From Bacteroidota bacterium (GTDB taxonomy: Bacteria; Bacteroidota; Bacteroidia; UBA7662; JAIXUI01), in NCBI GenBank assembly GCA_027484125.1, contig JAIXUI010000015.1:30337-94336 (forward strand): a DNA stretch of 64,000 nucleotides, in the 5' to 3' direction. Both the position numbers and the translations under genes were made by a program. Positions within the stretch are counted from its first letter, which is position 1; the number at the start of each line of letters is the position of its first letter. Below, in pieces: positions 60,608 through 64,000 of the stretch. The notes under the pieces are model-generated. The model worked only from the letters and a program-made list of their open reading frames with translations, had not been told where the DNA came from and made no database searches.

Positions 60608-61756
60608 ATGCAAAACTTTACTGCTTACAACCCTGTAAAACTTCACTTTGGAGAAGGCTGTTTAAAAAACCTCAAGGAAGAAGCCGGAAAATGGATGACG
60701 AAAGCGCTCATCATCATCGGGAAGGGAAGCGTGAAGCGCAACGGGGTTCTGACTCAAGTAACCAACAACCTCGATCATGCAGGCATTCCTTACACCGTAT
60801 TTGAGGGTGTAAAGTCGAACCCTGAATACCAAGCTGCCGATGCAGCCGTAAAGCAAGGGAAAGATTTCGGTGCCGATGGCGTGATTGCTGTCGGTGGCGG
60901 ATCAGTCATCGATACCGCTAAAGCAGTAGCATTAGGTTTAAAATACGATGGCAGCGTTTGGGATTTTTATGGCCCTCGCAAACAGTTTCCTCAGCATGCT
61001 GCTCCTCTGCTCGCTGTGCTTACGCTGGCTGCCACAGGAACAGAAATGAACTGTTTCTCCGTATTGCAGGATACCCAATCAGGGCAAAAGTTCGGAACAG
61101 GCCATCCCAATATGTATCCTAAGGCCTCTTTCCTCGATCCTGCTTTTACCCTTAGCGTAAACGCTCCATATACGGCGGCAGGAATCGCAGATTTAATTGC
61201 TCATACGCTTGAACAGTATTTCGACCCTTCCTTCGCGCCGTTTACCGATGCTATCTCCGCAGAGCTTATTCGCCAAGCTTTTCATTGGGGACTCATTTTG
61301 ATGAGAGATTTGCAAAATCTGGAAGCTAGAACGCAAGTGATGTGGTTGGCAACGGTAGCGCTTAATGGAACTTTAGCTGCTGGAAAAAAAGGGGGCGACT
61401 GGGGCGTACATGCCGTAGAGCACGTGTTAAGCGTTCGTTTTGATGTGCCCCATGGCGACGGATTGTCGGTGGTGTATCCGGCTTGGATGAAACTCAAGTA
61501 TGGCCAGATTCAGGATAAGCTGCAAATGTTGACCGATCGTTGTACACATTCGGAGCTCACCGCACCCGATTTTATCCAGCGTCTTGAGCAGTTCTTCCGA
61601 ATGATTGGAAGCCCGATTAGAATGGCAGACCTAGGGATTGCTCCTGAAGAAGATGCCGGAATTGTGGCTTTGTGTCAAGCCAATCATGCCAGAGGCGTAT
61701 TCTTCGACCTCAGCGAGGCCGATCACCGTCAACTATTGGAGTTGGCCAGGGCATAA
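60608..61756 (+). CDS. Iron-containing alcohol dehydrogenase (YqhD/BdhA-like)
   Basis: Motifs VGGGSVID, TLAATGTE, DLIAH, HAVEH and PHGDGL. Confidence 0.9.
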   Translation: MQNFTAYNPVKLHFGEGCLKNLKEEAGKWMTKALIIIGKGSVKRNGVLTQVTNNLDHAGIPYTVFEGVKSNPEYQAADAAVKQGKDFGADGVIAVGGGSVIDTAKAVALGLKYDGSVWDFYGPRKQFPQHAAPLLAVLTLAATGTEMNCFSVLQDTQSGQKFGTGHPNMYPKASFLDPAFTLSVNAPYTAAGIADLIAHTLEQYFDPSFAPFTDAISAELIRQAFHWGLILMRDLQNLEARTQVMWLATVALNGTLAAGKKGGDWGVHAVEHVLSVRFDVPHGDGLSVVYPAWMKLKYGQIQDKLQMLTDRCTHSELTAPDFIQRLEQFFRMIGSPIRMADLGIAPEEDAGIVALCQANHARGVFFDLSEADHRQLLELARA

Positions 61757-61784
61757 GCTTGGATATACGGCCGTCACTTTCAGA

Positions 61785-62234
61785 TTATATCGTCTGCCGG
61801 CGGTAGATGATGTAATCTGAAGGTTGTGGAATAATGCCCGATTCTCTCATCTTCATCACAATCTGCGCCCTATGATGGGTGCTGTGGTTGTTGATGTGAA
61901 ATAAGATGTCCCTGACGCTGTTCTTGAAAGATTTCCCCTGGGTATTTTGGTAATGAATAACCATATCTAGCGGGATATTATCCAAAATTCTGAGCGTATT
62001 GAGGTGATGGGCTTCGTTGTGGTGATAGTAAGATTCGGGTGCAAACAATGAAAAAACCTCTCCGGGTTCTTCTCCTAAAATTCGTGCATTCCAGATTTGT
62101 TGCGCATTAAGCAAATGGCAGAATAGCCCCTGACATGTTTGCGGTAGGCTGGCTTCATGCGTGGTAAGGGGCTCAATCAAAGCGTGGTTTGCCTGATGGT
62201 GAAAGTGGAAGATTTCTTTGAAAAAGGAAGTCAT
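61785..62234 (-). CDS. DinB/YfiT-like four-helix metalloprotein
   Basis: His triad in HLLNAQQIW and HINNHSTHHRAQI. Confidence 0.85.
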   Translation of the reverse strand: MTSFFKEIFHFHHQANHALIEPLTTHEASLPQTCQGLFCHLLNAQQIWNARILGEEPGEVFSLFAPESYYHHNEAHHLNTLRILDNIPLDMVIHYQNTQGKSFKNSVRDILFHINNHSTHHRAQIVMKMRESGIIPQPSDYIIYRRQTI

Positions 62235-62332
62235 AATGCAGTGTCCTAAAAGTACAGGTCACTTCCTTTCATTTAATAGTAAACAGATTAAGATTACATG
62301 AGAATAGGATAAAGGGATGAAAAGTGGTTTTT

Positions 62333-63046
62333 TCAGGCTTGCGCACTAAGCACCAGCTTGAATACCCAGATTTCGAGAATCTCACTCACAGGCAAATCGT
62401 AGGGAGCAAATTCCGGATTCTGGGAAACCATGAGCAGGTGGAGCGGGTCTTGTGGCTTTCGATATACCAGCTTAAATACAATCCCTTCCGAGCGTGTGAG
62501 TACCACGCAACGTGTTCCGTCTTTCAGGCGATTCCAGTCGTCTAGGTATTCAGAAATGACCCATGCCCCGGAGGGAATGGGCAGCATAGAATCGCCACTG
62601 AGTTGAAAACTGCGATACTTTCGTTGCTTGCTCAAGAAAGGCAGTTGAAACCGGGGTAAGTCGCCAATAAACTCCGGATCGGAATAGCCGCTGGCGTAAC
62701 CCGCTCGTGCTTTTTCACTCACTACTTCAATGTATTCCTGCTCTTCTGCGTCAACGGTAGTGGCGAGCACCCTGAGCTGGCTGCCGCTCATGTGGCGGAC
62801 AGGGTCGAACGTGAGCTCCTGTAGCTTTTTCTCCGATAAGCCTTGCAGAGCAGTCCGCAGCAAATGGTCCGCGCTGATGGAAAAAAAGTCAGACAACTTC
62901 ACCAAGGCCTCTAAGGTAGGCTTGATGGTGCCTTCGTAACCCGCTAGCTGGGAACGGCTGAACCCCATTCTGGCCGCGGCTTCCGCTTGTGTGAGCTTCA
63001 GTCGCTGGCGCAAAAAGCGAATATTGGCATGAATTACTTGACTCAT
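62333..63046 (-). CDS. XRE HTH - S24 peptidase repressor (non-canonical LexA/CI-like)
   Basis: HTH NIRFLRQ..LTQAEAA, Ala-Gly site ARAGY, catalytic GDSM and VFK; TATATTTG box at 63072-63065. Confidence 0.87.
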   Translation of the reverse strand: MSQVIHANIRFLRQRLKLTQAEAAARMGFSRSQLAGYEGTIKPTLEALVKLSDFFSISADHLLRTALQGLSEKKLQELTFDPVRHMSGSQLRVLATTVDAEEQEYIEVVSEKARAGYASGYSDPEFIGDLPRFQLPFLSKQRKYRSFQLSGDSMLPIPSGAWVISEYLDDWNRLKDGTRCVVLTRSEGIVFKLVYRKPQDPLHLLMVSQNPEFAPYDLPVSEILEIWVFKLVLSAQA

Positions 63047-63201
63047 GGCTGTTTGTTTGATTATCAAATATAAGACTATTTAATTAACAACTCTCTGTAT
63101 AACCTTTTTTAATTCACTTAAATGTGGATAAGTTTTGAAATGATGAAAATTCATAATGTCTATATTGTATGAATAATAATGTCAATATAACAAACAATCA
63201 G

Positions 63202-64000
63202 ATGGAGGCATTATGCAGACAAGTGGTACACATGGACCTCGACAGTTTTTTTGTTTCGGTAGAGCGGCTCAAAGACAGCAGGCTGGAGGGGAGGCCGCTG
63301 CTGATAGGGGGCACAGGGGAGCGAGCGGTGGTGGCGGCGTGCAGCTACGAAACACGCGCCTGCGGGGTCCACTCGGCCATGCCCATGAAGCTGGCCCGCC
63401 GCCTTTGCCCGGAGGCTATCGTCATGAATGGCGATCACGAGCGATACTCCCACTACTCCCGAGAGGTCAGCAGCCTGATCCGGGAGGCTGTCCCCGTATT
63501 TGAACAAGCGTCTATCGACGAGTTCTACCTCGACATGACCGGCATGGAGCGTTTCTTCGGTACGTTTACCTTAGCCTCCGAACTTCGTCAGCGTGTTGCA
63601 AAAGAAATAGGCCTGCCGCTATCGTTTGGCCTCTCTACCAGCAAAACAGTTTCAAAAGTGGCAACAGGTGAGGCCAAACCCAATGGGCAACTCCGTGTAG
63701 AGGCCGGCACCGAAAAGCCTTTTCTTGCGCCTCTTCCGGTGGGCCGCCTCCCTATGGTGGGCGAAAAAACCGCTTCTATGCTCCAGGGAATGGGCGTCAA
63801 CCGCATTCAAACCCTTCAGCAAATGCCCGTACGCCTCCTCGAACGCGCCCTTGGCCAAAATGGACGCAGCATCTGGGAACGCGCCAACGGCATCGACCTG
63901 ACTCCCGTTGAACCTTATCAGGAACAGAAATCGGTCTCCTCGGAAGAAACTTTTACTCACGACACTGCCGATATCGCCTTTCTGCGTGCCCGCCTCATCG
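63202..64000 (+). CDS. dinB: DNA polymerase IV (Y-family), truncated by the window end
   Basis: Manual translation from the ATG at 63202: MEALCRQVVHMDLDSFFVSVERL...VAACSYETR..GVHSAMP...ASIDEFYLD. Absent from the ORF track, which is consistent with no stop before the window ends. Confidence 0.92.
   Translation, partial: MEALCRQVVHMDLDSFFVSVERLKDSRLEGRPLLIGGTGERAVVAACSYETRACGVHSAMPMKLARRLCPEAIVMNGDHERYSHYSREVSSLIREAVPVFEQASIDEFYLDMTGMERFFGTFTLASELRQRVAKEIGLPLSFGLSTSKTVSKVATGEAKPNGQLRVEAGTEKPFLAPLPVGRLPMVGEKTASMLQGMGVNRIQTLQQMPVRLLERALGQNGRSIWERANGIDLTPVEPYQEQKSVSSEETFTHDTADIAFLRARLI

Noticed and set aside
63213-63960. ORF-track entries 63213..63503 (+) and the minus-strand ORFs in this region
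   Set aside because: They are shadow frames of dinB, which starts at 63202. No frameshift is needed to explain them.
1-64000. Numerous 60-140 aa antisense or nested ORFs; search for tRNA, rRNA, CRISPR, IS and prophage genes
   Set aside because: The short ORFs lie opposite or within well-supported genes and have no motifs. No RNA genes, arrays, transposases or integrases were recognisable by eye.

Overview
A 64-kb, gene-dense chromosomal segment of a Bacteroidota bacterium. The assignment rests on TAnnTTTG-type -7 promoter boxes, an apparent lack of Shine-Dalgarno motifs, T9SS C-terminal domains and a DUF349 protein. It carries about 56 CDS, mostly housekeeping genes (recQ, pyrG, mutS, parC, glmM, tgt, rsmG, gmhA, copA, a cysteine desulfurase, lemA/TPM), and several intrinsic terminators. 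I saw no rRNA, tRNA, CRISPR array or IS element. Main points of interest: (1) an HAE1 RND permease fused in-frame to a NodT/TolC outer-membrane factor through an internal lipoprotein signal peptide, a candidate self-processing polyprotein, preceded by a small PPP-ending leader ORF; (2) a multi-PAS/REC protein whose kinase core has lost the phospho-His and the whole ATPase domain; (3) a repeated promoter-4 nt-ATG layout suggesting many leaderless mRNAs; (4) a GC-rich XRE-S24 repressor/dinB module at the right edge, missed by the ORF track; (5) several enzyme homologs with degenerate active sites.
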